Below the pieces are notes generated by a model, which was not told the origin of the DNA, searched no databases, and saw only the letters and a list, made by a program, of their open reading frames with translations. From positions 14,756,001-14,820,000 of the forward strand of contig JBHGNT010000013.1 in the NCBI GenBank assembly GCA_043228905.1: DNA of 64,000 bases. Reading direction: 5' to 3'. How positions within the stretch are numbered: position 1 is the first letter of the stretch; every line of letters begins with the position of its first letter. Source of the DNA: Azolla caroliniana (Eukaryota > Plantae > Polypodiophyta). Positions 22,360 through 34,843 of the stretch are shown in pieces. Position numbers and translations under genes: made by a program.

Positions 22360-25300
22360 TAGACAACCGGCCGACACTCCACACTTGTTCATGGAGGTTG
22401 TACAATAACCGGTATCATCAGTCGAGAAAGACGTAGAGTCGAGGGGCGCTTGAGAGCATACGGAGCCATGGGCCCCAACGACAAGATCAGTGGCGTCATG
22501 GAGGTGGTCTCATTTGATGACACCCTCAGAGAAATAGAGAGGGTGATAATGGGTGGTCTGAGCGACGACTGAACGATTCCCGTCAATTTGGTTGATATGT
22601 ACGAGGAGATAGTGGAGTTTGGATGGATGGACGGGTCTTGTCGGACCACCCACGTTGACACTAAGTACAAGACTATGGACCAGAAGTTGTGGCTAGTCGC
22701 AACGTCCTTACCAGAGGACAACTGGGAAAGGATGAAAGGGGTCTCGATCGACCCGAGTTTGCGGGACCCGCATGACATAGGGCGTCGGTTCCCCGAGGAG
22801 ATGCTACGGAATCTCAAGATTAGTGGGGTGGCTTCCTATTGCTTGTGGAGGAGGACCGGTTTTGGAGAATGATCAAAAGTCATGGAAAGGATTTCGCTTT
22901 CTTGCCGGAGGAAATCGGGTGTGTCAATCCGACTATCGTCGAACCTATGGTAATATTCATGGTACCGCATGTACCATGAAACCTTAACCCGATTCCAATG
23001 CCAAGAGCTCACATCCCGAAGTTGATGGAACTGCTCAAGGAGAAGATTGGGATGGGGATCCTCGAACCATGGAGTGCTCCATATTCGAATCGGTGGTTTA
23101 TGGTGCCAAAGAAGAACGTCACACCGCACTTCATACAGGACCTACAACTTGTCAAAAAGGTGACAATACAAAATGCAGGGGTCGGTCCGACCATCAATGA
23201 GTTCGTAGAGGCCTTCACCAAAAAGTTGATATACTCGGTCAGAGATTTGTACTCAGTGTATGACCAGTTCCAACTAGTCGTCAAAAGCAGGGACATGATG
23301 ACGATGCAAACCCCTCTCGTCTTAGTTCAGATGTGTGCCTTGCCACAAGGAGGGACGAACTCGGTTACGCACATGGTGAATATAATGAATAAGGTGTTGA
23401 GGGATTTTATCCCGCACTTCACCATGCCGTTCATGGACAACATCCCGATAAAGGGGTGTCCGGTGGATCAAAAGGACGAGTCGATCGGCGAAGATGGATG
23501 CAGGAAGTTTGTCGCCGACCACATTGCTGACGGTGAAAAGATATTGCGGAGGCTCAAAGGTGTGAGGCTTACCTTCTCAGAGGATAAGTCGACATCTGGG
23601 CAATCAGAGATCCTGGTGGTTAGACACCTATGTGGGCTTGTCATTCCTAGACGACATCCCGATGAAGGGGTGTCCGATGGATCAGAAGAACGAGTCCATC
23701 GGCGAAGATGGATGCAGAAAGTTTGTCGCCGACCACATTGTTGACTATGAAAAGATACTATGAAGGCTCGAAGGTGTGAGGCTTACCTTCTCAGGGGAGA
23801 AGTCGGCATTTGGGCAGTCCGAGATCCTGGTGGTCGAACACCTATGTGGGCCTTACGGTCGAAAATTGTCCCCGGCGAAGGTAGAGGCCATCGCGGCAAT
23901 GAAGGAGGAGTGCAAGATGACCACGGAGGTCCGACAATTCTTAGGAGCATGTGCCTTCGACCAAATCTGGATTCCCCACTACACACACGTTGTCGAGCAA
24001 CTCTATGGCTTGCTGAAGAAGGGGTGGAAGTTCGAATGGGGCGAAGAGCACTCGGAGGCGATGAGAAGACTAAAGGGGATGTTGATGGTTGCCCTAGCGC
24101 TCTGGAAGGTAGTCTATGGGAAGGGAGCTCCAATATACGTAATGGTCGACACAAGTTCGACCGGAATCGGGTGGGTGATCAATCAAGAGGATGAAGGTAG
24201 CACGAGGTTCGCCATCCAATTCAGAGCAAAGGTGTTGAATGAGCGACAACGAGGATATGCCCAAGTTAAGAGAGAACTATGGGGTATCATTTCGGTGGTA
24301 AAGGCCGATAAAGATTACTTGATTGGAACGGAGGTTATCAAAGAGACAGTCTATCTCCCGATACTAGCGATGATCTCTAGATGCGTGATTCTGGATTTGG
24401 CTATGCTCAGATGGATTGCGTAGAACAAGTCCTTAAATCCAGAAATCCGGCATATTTTTGAGAAGGATAATATCATGGCCAATATGATGTCAAGATCACA
24501 GTTCGAAGGAGAGGACGGCATGGTATCAAAGAACGAAGAAATCGGCATGGACTTCTTCGAGTCGGTTCGACTGTCGGCAAACAAACAAAGCACTCCGACC
24601 TTGCACACGTTCAACGAAGACGACTACGAAGGGGAGTGGCTACATATCGGAAGGTTCCTGAGCACAATGGCAACGGACACAACGAGGACAAAGGAGGCAA
24701 GTCGGATCCAAAAGAAGGTATACAAGTACTTCCTAAAGGATGGATTAATCTAGCAGAATTTCATGAGAGTCCCTTTCATGAGAGTCCCTTGGTCCGGGCA
24801 TTGGGGAATGTGGGCCACATTCGGAAAGCTCAATGGGAGATATTGGTGGCCAGGGATGTACAACAACGTGTACCACTTTGTAACGACATGGGAGAGTTGT
24901 CAAGTGCATTCCGGGATATGTCGATTTAGTGATGATGCCGATGGGAGTAGGCCAAATGAGGTACCTGGTGCTTGCAAGGGAAGATCCAATGAACCAAATC
25001 GAAGGACGAGCCCTAATGAACAAGAAGACAACAACGGTATGCAAGTTCCTGATCGAGGATGTCGTATGCCGATACAGATGCGTCTCGAAGATCATAGCTG
25101 ACCGAGGAGAGTTGGACGCACATGAAGCCACGGAGTTGTTCAACCAACTAGGGTTCAAGTTCTCTCTCATAATGGCGTACAATCCGGAGGCCAATGGAAA
25201 GGCCAAGAGGGGGCACGGTCCGATTGTAAAGGCGAGTGTGTGAGCATGTGATGGACGTATCGGGAATTGGCCACGACTCCTGCCATATGTGTTATGCGTC

Positions 25301-26159
25301 GACCGGACTATGCGCAATTAAGTAACAGGGTATATGCCGGCCGAGCTTATGTTCAGGCAGAAGCTAATCATGTTGGTAGAAAGGACCATTACTTCGTGGA
25401 TGGCGGTCAATTGGATGGACGAGTTGAGCAGAGAGGAACTACTAGCAGTGCGGATTCGATAGATTGCGAGGCGACCAGAAGACATGGAGCGAGCATGAGA
25501 TCTAAGAGTGAAAGAAGCGCGAATGAGGAACAAAGAACGCTTCAACCGAATGCACCGACTGCAGCCAAGGAAGATAGAAGAAGGGGGATGGGTGTTGGTC
25601 TACCACAGTAGCCTCGACAAACAGCACTAGTCCACGCGGAAGTTCGCAAGACCGTGCTTCAGGCCATATGTGGTGACGAGCACCAAGGACAATGCCACGT
25701 ACCACCTTGCAGAGCTCGAAGGGATGAGGATAGTAGTAACGGTTGTAGGGAAGCAATAAAGGCCTTCAAGAAACGGCAGGAGGTAAAACCGGATCCAAAG
25801 GTGGAGGACGAGGAGCCGGACGAGGAGCGGATGGGCGACGGATCGGGAGAGGATGAGTAAGGATCGAACCAGAATCTCCACTACTTCACTACTTGGCACA
25901 TACCAGAGGATGTGCAGTTTGATGGGGGTGGATGTCATGGAGGATTCTGGCCAAAAAGGGAAAGATACGTCAGATGCGTGTGAACGTTGGGTTGCATGTA
26001 TGAACATTAACTCGGCTTAATGTACAAAACAAATGTAAATATATAATATTAATGAGTACAAGACAAGAGTATTTAATAGGTACTTTAAGGATCCCACAAA
26101 AAGAGGGAATAATAGTGAGTGATGGGAGGAAATCGTGGGAGAATCACTGACAGAAACGG

Positions 26160-26887
26160 TGTCGTGCCTTTTGGCTCCGGATCGTTTGCGTGAGTCGGGT
26201 GGGAACCGCTGGGGTTTTGGACTAGGAGGAAGAATTTGAGACGATTCTAATTATGAGTAGATTGTTAGAAACTTGTGAATCCCACAAGTATAATGTATTT
26301 TATTGATTAATATTTATGTAAGAATATGTATTTAGATTGATAGAGAAAGATATAGAAATCTCGTGAATCCCACGAGTATAGTTTATTAATTGGTGTTTTA
26401 GGAAATATATCCAATTCCCAAATATTTCATACACCTTACATTGTGCTCCCCATCCTTATGTAGTGATTAGGGAGTCTTAGCAATCCATGCTTTTTCTTCT
26501 CTAACTATAGACTCCATGCTTTTCCTATAGATAGACTATATGCTTTATCTAAAGTGATCATGCTTTTTCTAACTTGTGCGTTTTTTTATCAACTATAGCA
26601 TTCATGCACGCTAGATGTGCATGCGTAGCTTTTTCTTTTAGCATGTGTTTTCTTTTAACTAAAGTTTATCCTAGGTGAACTAACCTTTCTATGTGGAACA
26701 TCTACTTTTTAACACTAATGAAATGTTAGTGCAATGGTAAGACATTACATTATTAACATGGACGTGCAAGGTTTGAATCTTGCCCTATGCATGTATTGTT
26801 TATTTTGACATTTTCTTCTATTTCTTCATATTTACTAAAACGTTACTTTATAAGTTTTTCATGTAGTGTACAAAATACACTACGACA
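26160..26887 (-). mobile_element. Solo LTR (gypsy family relative) inserted in the gypsy-2 3' LTR
   Basis: TGTCGT...ACGACA termini. GGGGTTTTGGACTAGGGA motif shared with the solo LTR at 1107. Absent from the 5' LTR (CAGAAACAGTTGT). Imperfect 4-bp TSD ACGG/CCAG. Confidence 0.8.
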
Positions 26888-27202
26888 CCAGTTGTCATAA
26901 CTGTGAATGTAACAGAACCTCCTTGAGCTATAAAAGGAGGGGAGGAAGACCGTTTTAGAAATCCATCGTTTTGGGAGGGGAAGGTGTTGTCGGTTTGAGG
27001 GGTCTGTCAGTTTTATGTTCTATGCTGATTCAGATAGCTAGGGTGAGACCTCTGCTCGTGTAGGAAACTCGTGTGCTCCCGACTAGAGGCTCATCAGTGT
27101 GCATGTGTGTGCTTGGAGAGCTCCAAGCTTTGTAACCAGCCCGAGGCTAGCCCTATATCTGGTTTCCTCTGTTTTATTGATTATTGGGTTTTATTGTATC
27201 CG

Positions 27203-27204
<2 letters not shown>

Positions 27205-27260
<56 letters not shown>
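27205..27260. repeat. (CT)n microsatellite
   Basis: Pure CT run within the gypsy LTR, abutting the LINE 3' end. Confidence 0.95.
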
Positions 27261-27263
<3 letters not shown>

Positions 27264-30200
27264 AAATAATGGCTTTCATTACGAAAGAAAAAAACACCAC
27301 CATGACTAACTTACTACAAAGTATAGAACCCTTCTATCAAGGGATCTAAAGAATACTGCGACACCAAACTCAATGCCACCCTACACACCAATTCAAATGG
27401 TGAGTATGATGATATGTGACCTTGCAGAGTTCTCTCTCTTCCTGGTTGAGATTTCGTGACTTCTCTAGCACTGTCAATTGCCACAAAAGAAGTCCTTTTA
27501 ACTTTAGAACATATTTTCTCACCCCAACTTGCGAATCAAAAATGAAGGCATTCCGCATATTCCAATTGAACCATAGCCCCCAATACCTCAAGAACTCAAA
27601 AATAATTTGAAAATGAGGCATCGGTTCATTGTTCTCCATATGTGCAAAAACCCAATTGAAGGAAGATAGACTTACTCCTATTAGAGACATCCACACTAAA
27701 CTGATACACCTCCAAACCATCCTTGCCATCGGGCATGAAATAAATCGATGCCTACTATGTTCCAATTCCACCGAACAAAAGAAACACAACCCTTTAGTAA
27801 TGTTTCTTTTTTTTAATGCATCCCCTAATAGTAAAGCTCCAACCATAACTCTCCAAATAAATACCTTCGCTCGTAGCATCAATCGAGAACACCAACATGC
27901 CTTGATGACTTGAAACCACCAAGTAATGGGCTTATGAAAACCCCATATCTTTATAACCCTTTCTTCCAACCACTTATGTTTGTCAATCAACTTGTGATAA
28001 GCAATATTCGTTGAGATCATAGTCAATCTCTTATTTCCAACAAACCTCCAATCAAGCTCTTGAGATCCCCCATCTAAATCAGGAATTGGCTCATGCGAAG
28101 ATAGTATTTGTTGCAACTTATCCCAAATAAAGTTATAACCTTTTGGAATACGAAATGTTGATCTTATTGTTCGAAAAGCCATTAATCTTCTTTGTGAAAC
28201 CAACATAGCATCCTTAACTGTTACCAAACCCAATCTAGCCATCCGATTATATTGAAGGTTAAGAATTTGTTTACCTTCCCACCTCAACAACGTTGATGTT
28301 GCCAAAACCTCCATTTGTAATGAATTGGCACATCCCCTTTCTTGTGGGGGATGCCATTCCACAAAATCCAACATACTTTGCCAAGATGTCAACAAATGAT
28401 TAACTATCATAGACCATGTACATTTGGCATCAATTCGCTTCAACCTTCATGTTTCCAAGCTTTATTTTGTTCTTCTCTATAAAGTATGCCACCATTTCTG
28501 TCCAAGGTTGTACACCTTCAAACATGAATCGAATGAAAGTAAATTGACGAGCCACCATATGCTCATATAGATTCAATATTGATGCCCCACCAAGACGCTT
28601 CAGAGTACAAACATGATCCCATGCAAACCATGACAAGGCACTTTTCCCTTTTCTTTTCCATAACAACATTCACATCGAGCGTGACAACATTTCAAGAGCT
28701 TTCTTTGACCATGGGAGCAAATGAAGATAACATGATACCATAAAGACCATAATCGATTGGACCACCTTAAGTCGTACATGAAAAGGCCAAAATTGAGACC
28801 TCCAATACATAAACTTATCCTCCAACCTTTTGGATACCCACTCAATAAGTTTCACATGAGAAACTTCTGTGCCAATTGGATATCCAAGATGACGACAAAT
28901 CATACCACGATGTACTATCTTGCCTGACCACCCCAACCCTAACACATCTTGTTCTGTACATGAAATGAGGACAGATTTATGTATATTAATTCTCAACCCT
29001 GAAGCATTTGAAAACAATTCCCACACCTCTCTTGTCTTACTAATATTTTCCCGATTGGGTGCCAAAAACCTAATATGGTCATCTGCAAGAGCTTGAACAA
29101 TACATGGCTTCTCTGATGGCAACCTTAGTCCAAGCAGGTCTTCCTCCATAGCCATATTGTGTAACTTAACAAGAATAGGATGTGTCACAATAGTGAATAG
29201 TAAAGGACTTACCGGGCATCCTTGTCTAACTAACCTTCGAATAGAAATTGGTTGTGTTACTCCTTCATTAAACATCACATGTGAAACCGAACCCTCCCCT
29301 AATGTGTATATCAACTTAGACATACAATCACCAAAACCCATATGAGACATCAATTGATTTATAAATGACCAATCCACATTATCATAGGCTTTCTCGATAT
29401 CCAATTGTAGCAACACTAATTCTTGTTTAGACTCCTTTGCATAAGTCAATTGCCATTTGAACATTTAAAATATTATGTAAAATGTCTCTTTTTGCTAAAA
29501 ACCCATATTGAGCATTATGAATAATAGAAGGTAAAAGCTTATGCAACCTATTGGCCATCACTTTTGCAAAAATCTTGTACATTCCCCCCATTAATGAAAT
29601 ACGCCTCCATTGAGCAAAGGAAGATGGAGAAGGCACCTTCAACAAAAGCTTGATCAAACCAATCTTCCAAGAATGAGGCATTTCCCCTAATGTCCACACC
29701 TTCTGAAATAAAACTGTAAAAGGCCCCTTTAACTTAATCACATATTTCATAAAGAGTTCATGTGTTAATCCATCCCACCCAGGACTCTTATCATTAGTAA
29801 AATGTGACATGACATGTTCCACCTCATCATTTGAAATATTAGCATCTAATGATTGTGCCACATCATGCGATACATGATTTTTCACTCCATTAAAAAATAC
29901 ATCTCTATCCTTTTTAACATTATCATCGATACACACTTGTACATCCAACAATTGTGAATAATATTCTATGCATTTCTTCACAATTTCTTGAGGATCGGAA
30001 CACATGATACCATTTTCCTCTAACCTTACCACATTATGTCGTGCATGTGATTCATGAAGGTCATGAAAAAACTTATGTGATTGACAATTAGCATCATCCA
30101 CTTCTTGTCTTAGACGATGTAGTCTAGCATGTTGATAATTTTTTGTTGTTAGGTCATGCATCGCAGAAATTAATACCTCTTGATATCCCATCAACTCTAC

Positions 30201-32818
30201 ATCCGTTGGCCAATAAGTTAACAATGAGTTGCATTTATCAAGCAAATTAACTAGGAGACTTAATTTCTTTCTCCTTTTAAAAGCTGGTGAATTCCATAAT
30301 ATCTAGTTAATCTCTGAACATTTGCAACAAATACTTCCCACGCTTCATACGCATCAAATTGAACATGATAGGCAAATGCATCAATCAATTGATACATATA
30401 GGCATGGAAGACCTCATGATCCAAAAATGATGAATTAAAAATCAACGATGGTTGTCCTAGAAACTCATGAAAACCTTTAATTGAATGGTGATTGAACTCA
30501 AAAATTAATGGGAAATGATTTGATATAATTGACCTATAAGACACTGAAATATCCATCCAAAATCTCTAGTAAAAAACCTTCAATATGCATTACATACATT
30601 CAATCCAACCTACTCCAAGTATCCTTATATTGAGCCGATTGAAAGGTATAACCAGGTTCATCTCCCTTGATCCATTTCCATACATCCCTTAACATGACTT
30701 CAGTCTCAAAATCTCCCCATTCTTGAGCCTCTGGTCCATCCATAATAGAGTGAATAGATGTTGATTGATCTGTCTCACAACAAACATTAAAATCTCCCAT
30801 CAATAAACCCGATCTACCATTATCAAGCACTAAGTTTAGAGATCTCCATCACAACTTTTGTTCTTGTGAAACATTTGATGCATATAAACACACCAACTAA
30901 CAAAAGAGCTTGCCCTTCATAACATATCTCTACCACAATAAATCTTCCAAATTCATCTGAAACAATTACTTTTTGGTGAAATTTATCTCTTATAAACATG
31001 ACAATCCCTAAATAATCCCCATGAACCTTGCCAGCATAACATAATGTATAACCCTTAGAATAACTAATTAAACCAGCATTACGATGATATTTATGCTCTA
31101 CTGCACATAAAACATCCCATTGCTCACTTAACACAATCCTCCAAACCTCATGCATTCTAAATCTAGAACACAATCCCCTCACATTCCATGTGGTGATCTT
31201 CATACTTTATTTTTTCCTTTTATTCGAGAAATCTCCTTCTCCTTCACTGCTAATGTTTCTGCCATATCCTGAAATAAATCCCCTAAGATTGCATATGAAT
31301 TACTATGGGAATGCAAAACTCCAGACCCCGATGGCTCCTCATGTGAACGAGGCATCGATTTCCGTTTATTCCAAGGAACATACAAATTACCTTTATTATC
31401 AAAAGATAATTTCTTTGGATAGTCCTCTTGACGAGCCCATGGTTTATTCCGCATGGGATGTGTCGGTGTGACCTTCTCCATAGATACATTATGCCCAACA
31501 TTTTTATTAGACTTCTTCATCTTTCCAGAAACTATTGACCATTGTCCTTCATCCTCTAGAGTCTTTCCATCCTTCTCATTCACAATTTGTGGTTCGTTTG
31601 TTTGCTCTGAAATTGTCAAAGCTTGAATCTGATCATGAGTTGTAGGCTCTTCATGTACCACTTCCACTACATTATTTCTTTTTTTAGGACACTCGGCCAT
31701 AAAATGGCCCAACACACCACAATGGAAACAATGTCCTGCAAATGTACCCCATTTAAGCCGAAAATACATAGGCGGCATACCAGAGCATGCAATCTGTAAA
31801 CAACTTGGCCTCTTTATAGCAGTATTCCAAAGAATACACATCCAATATCGATTTTGAGCATTAGCACTAGGAGGCACCAAGATCTTTCCCAACTTTTCCA
31901 TCAATGACCGTAATATTGGCCAAACCACTGAATATGTGCACTCTACCTCAACCCATACGAGACACTCTTGCTTTAATATATCTTGGTATTCCATAGTGGT
32001 CTCCACAGAACAATATGAACCAAACTTTTCTCATAAAAAACTGGCATTTTATTGAGTAATTTCTCTTTATACTCTTGTGATACCAAAACAACCTCATAAA
32101 ATCCACGAGGACCAGCATAAACATCCTAAACACAATCAGCTTGTAAAATCCCACGTAACCATTGTTTGACCCTCCAAAGGAAAGATATCTTTCCCGTGAA
32201 AAACAATACGACCCCTTTATCACAAAAATTAGCAAATGAGCCCAAAAACTCCTTATTGTCTATTTCTACCTTAGCCACTTCATCGTCAACAAACTCCTCA
32301 ACAACTTTCACATTCTCCCTTATACAATCTTCCATTAATTTATTTGCAATGCATCTTAAATGTTCCCAATGACTATCATCTTTCTCAATATCATCTTGTC
32401 GCATTGCATCAACATAAGACATGTCATTGCTATTATCTCCAATACATCGTTTTCTTTTACCATCCCCTCTTGGGCTTGATACTTACTCAACCATGCATGA
32501 ATCCTTTGAAGAATTTGGAGACTCATCCATATTCATGAAAACACTACCATCCATATGACAAGAAATAGGAGAGAGCTCACTTACAAGTAATTGTGTTGGA
32601 GAAGGAATCAAAGCAAGTGATCATAAGATGCATGCAATCAAATAGAATTTTTACTCGTAACGTTCTACCAAGACCACCAAATGATACATGTAAATACTCT
32701 TTAGAAAGCTATATGTGCAAGCTTCCAAACGAGCTAAAGAAACAAAGGAAACGGACACCGTAGCAAGAAGATACATCAAAATTAGTGTTTGTCCTTCTCC
32801 AACATCTCCGAACTTTGC

Positions 32819-32820
<2 letters not shown>
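27261..32820 (-). mobile_element. Full-length L1-clade LINE (ORF1 + ORF2), degenerate
   Basis: ORF1 ~32422-31200 with CFHCGVLGHFMAEC knuckle. ORF2 starts at 31203, overlapping the ORF1 stop (ATGA), with APE endonuclease (MKITTWNVRGL, MGDFN), RT (KSPGWDG, LDIEKAYD, VRQGCPVSP, LADD) and zf-RVT (CFFCSVELEHSRHRFISC). Bounded by (CT)n. Confidence 0.93.

Positions 32821-32821
<1 letters not shown>

Positions 32822-32868
<47 letters not shown>
32822..32868. repeat. (CT)n microsatellite
   Basis: Pure CT run abutting the LINE 5' end. Confidence 0.95.
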
Positions 32869-32870
<2 letters not shown>

Positions 32871-33462
32871 GAGGTGGGAAAGCGAACATATTATGAATTT
32901 GAGAACACATGCAATCATGGAGATATTAAGTGTTGGTTCCTCAAGAAATACATTTAACACACTTTGGTGACACCGGTGCTTCTCTATGGGGTGGTAGCAT
33001 CCCAAAATCTACCTGGAAAGAGTTTGAAAATGTCCAAAAAATATTTCTTACAAAGTTTATACAAGTTAAGAAACAAATGCCATACATCCTCCTCCTCCTT
33101 GAGACGGGGTCACTTCCCATTGAGATATTGGCCATGAAAAGGGTTGTTGAGTACAGGCTTAAGGTTCAAAAAAGTCCCTCACATCGACTTCCTAGAATTG
33201 CATGGGAAGCAAGCAAAAAGATCCAAAACACGTATAAAAGCAAAATTTTGTGTTCCAGTTGGATGCAAGATATGAAAAAGTTGTTTGGTAAATGGGATGC
33301 AACACATTTGCTTCATGATGCATCACTAGATCCCTCTATAAATGAGGCCTTTTTGCAATGCCAACATATCATGACTAGGGAAAAATGTGGAGGCACACGC
33401 TTTATACTACACATGTTACACCTAACTACAAAACCATATTCTTCATGGAATGGGGAAACCGT

Positions 33463-34211
33463 TGTCGTGAAGGATTTGCTTCACAATATAAAAATAAATT
33501 TAAATATTGAATTCAGTAATATTTCAAACACTTAAACCTACAACCTTATAAGCCAAGCACAATGTATATACCACTAGGGTAGGCTATTTGTTTTTAGAAA
33601 TGTTGTCAAGAATGTGCTTCACTATATAAGAATAAACTTAAAATTGAGGGACTTGAACCCTCAACCTTGTATATCAAGCACAAAGCATACACCACTAAGC
33701 TAGGTTATTTGTTTTAGGGTTATATCCATCATTATAGTTATCACAATACATGGGAGCTCAAATGAGCATGATGGCTATCATGCATCACATGCAATGCATG
33801 TGCGCCAAATGGCGATCATGCATCAGATGTAACTCATGCATTACATGCATGCCATTACCATATGCATGGAAATACTTATAAAAAGAGGGGATAGGAAAAC
33901 AAAAGGGAAGGAATCAAGAGAGAGTGAGAAAATAATACAATCAATTGAAGAAGACTAGCTCATTGGGTGGAGAACCTCTCGTTTCGAAGTTGAGGTCGAG
34001 GGTTCAAATCAAGGGTCGGTATTGAAAAGATTCATCTTGCGATCAAGGATTGTAAAGTTGGTAAAATATTATATTTTTAATATACATCATGTTTATATCA
34101 TATACTCTTGTTCTTTGAATCATACTTTGTCTCAATCTTCTTTCTAGAATCATACTTTGTCTCAATCTTCTTTCTTGAATCATACATTGTCTCTATCTTT
34201 TATCTATGCTC

Positions 34212-34289
<78 letters not shown>

Positions 34290-34425
34290 TTACTTGTAAC
34301 TCTTCGTCTTACTATCCTTAACCATTCTATCATCACCATACAAGCCTTATTAAACTTAAGTTTCTTCAACTCCCCTTAACCTTAGTCCCCGCGACTTCGC
34401 CGCACGAACCACAACTACCCCGACA
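33463..34425 (+). mobile_element. Solo LTR (gypsy family relative) with internal tRNA-like modules
   Basis: TGTCGTG...CCGACA termini, perfect 4-bp TSD CCGT (33459-33462 / 34426-34429), TATAAAAAGAGGGG box, (CT)n(CA)n in U5. Confidence 0.87.
33644..33706 (-). other. tRNA-like (pseudo-tRNA / Pol III A+B box) module in an LTR
   Basis: A box TAGCTTAGTGG, anticodon-like stem TTGTG/TACAA, T-arm TTGAGGG-TTCAAGT-CCCTCAA. No acceptor stem. Confidence 0.6.
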
Positions 34426-34843
34426 CCGTACACATCGATACATATTAGAGCCCATTCCATTGGCTTCTATTCGAACCATTGCTTTCATGCGACTTAGCTC
34501 ACATGCATTTCAATGTGACACGGGGGGGCGTTGGGGCACAAGTCATGAGAGTGGTCGACTATGCACATTTTGCCCTAAACAAGTTCGAGAGTTTGAGTAT
34601 CACACTTTGATACAATGCTCTACCTTTGATCATATTCGACCATGATTTCCACACATCTTCAACCAAGCCCAATCCTTGCACGAATTTCTCTCACAAGCAC
34701 AATGTGCACACTCGATTGCAACATTCAATGGTAAAGTTCTTGAACATCGAGAGTCGCTACTCACTTTCACACGTATCACGTGAAATGTAATTTTTTTGGT
34801 CTCATAGGTCATATTTGACCTTCGAAGTCGATAATATAATATT

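Larger units (their letters stand above)
19314..27260 (+). mobile_element. Ty3/gypsy element gypsy-2 (same lineage as gypsy-1), degenerate
   Basis: 5' LTR 19314-20209 (TGTC...CAACA), gag/PR/RT/RH/INT remnants colinear with gypsy-1, PPT GGGGGTGGA, 3' LTR from 25933 interrupted at 26160-26887 and ending in the (CT)n at ~27260. Confidence 0.93.

Noticed and set aside
26158-26889. TSD-less DNA transposon with GGTGTCGT TIRs
   Set aside because: It contains the family-specific LTR U5 motif and TGTC...GACA ends, so it is better explained as a solo LTR with a mutated ACAG TSD.
33644-33706. Functional tRNA gene
   Set aside because: No acceptor stem and a weak D-arm. Kept only as a tRNA-like module.
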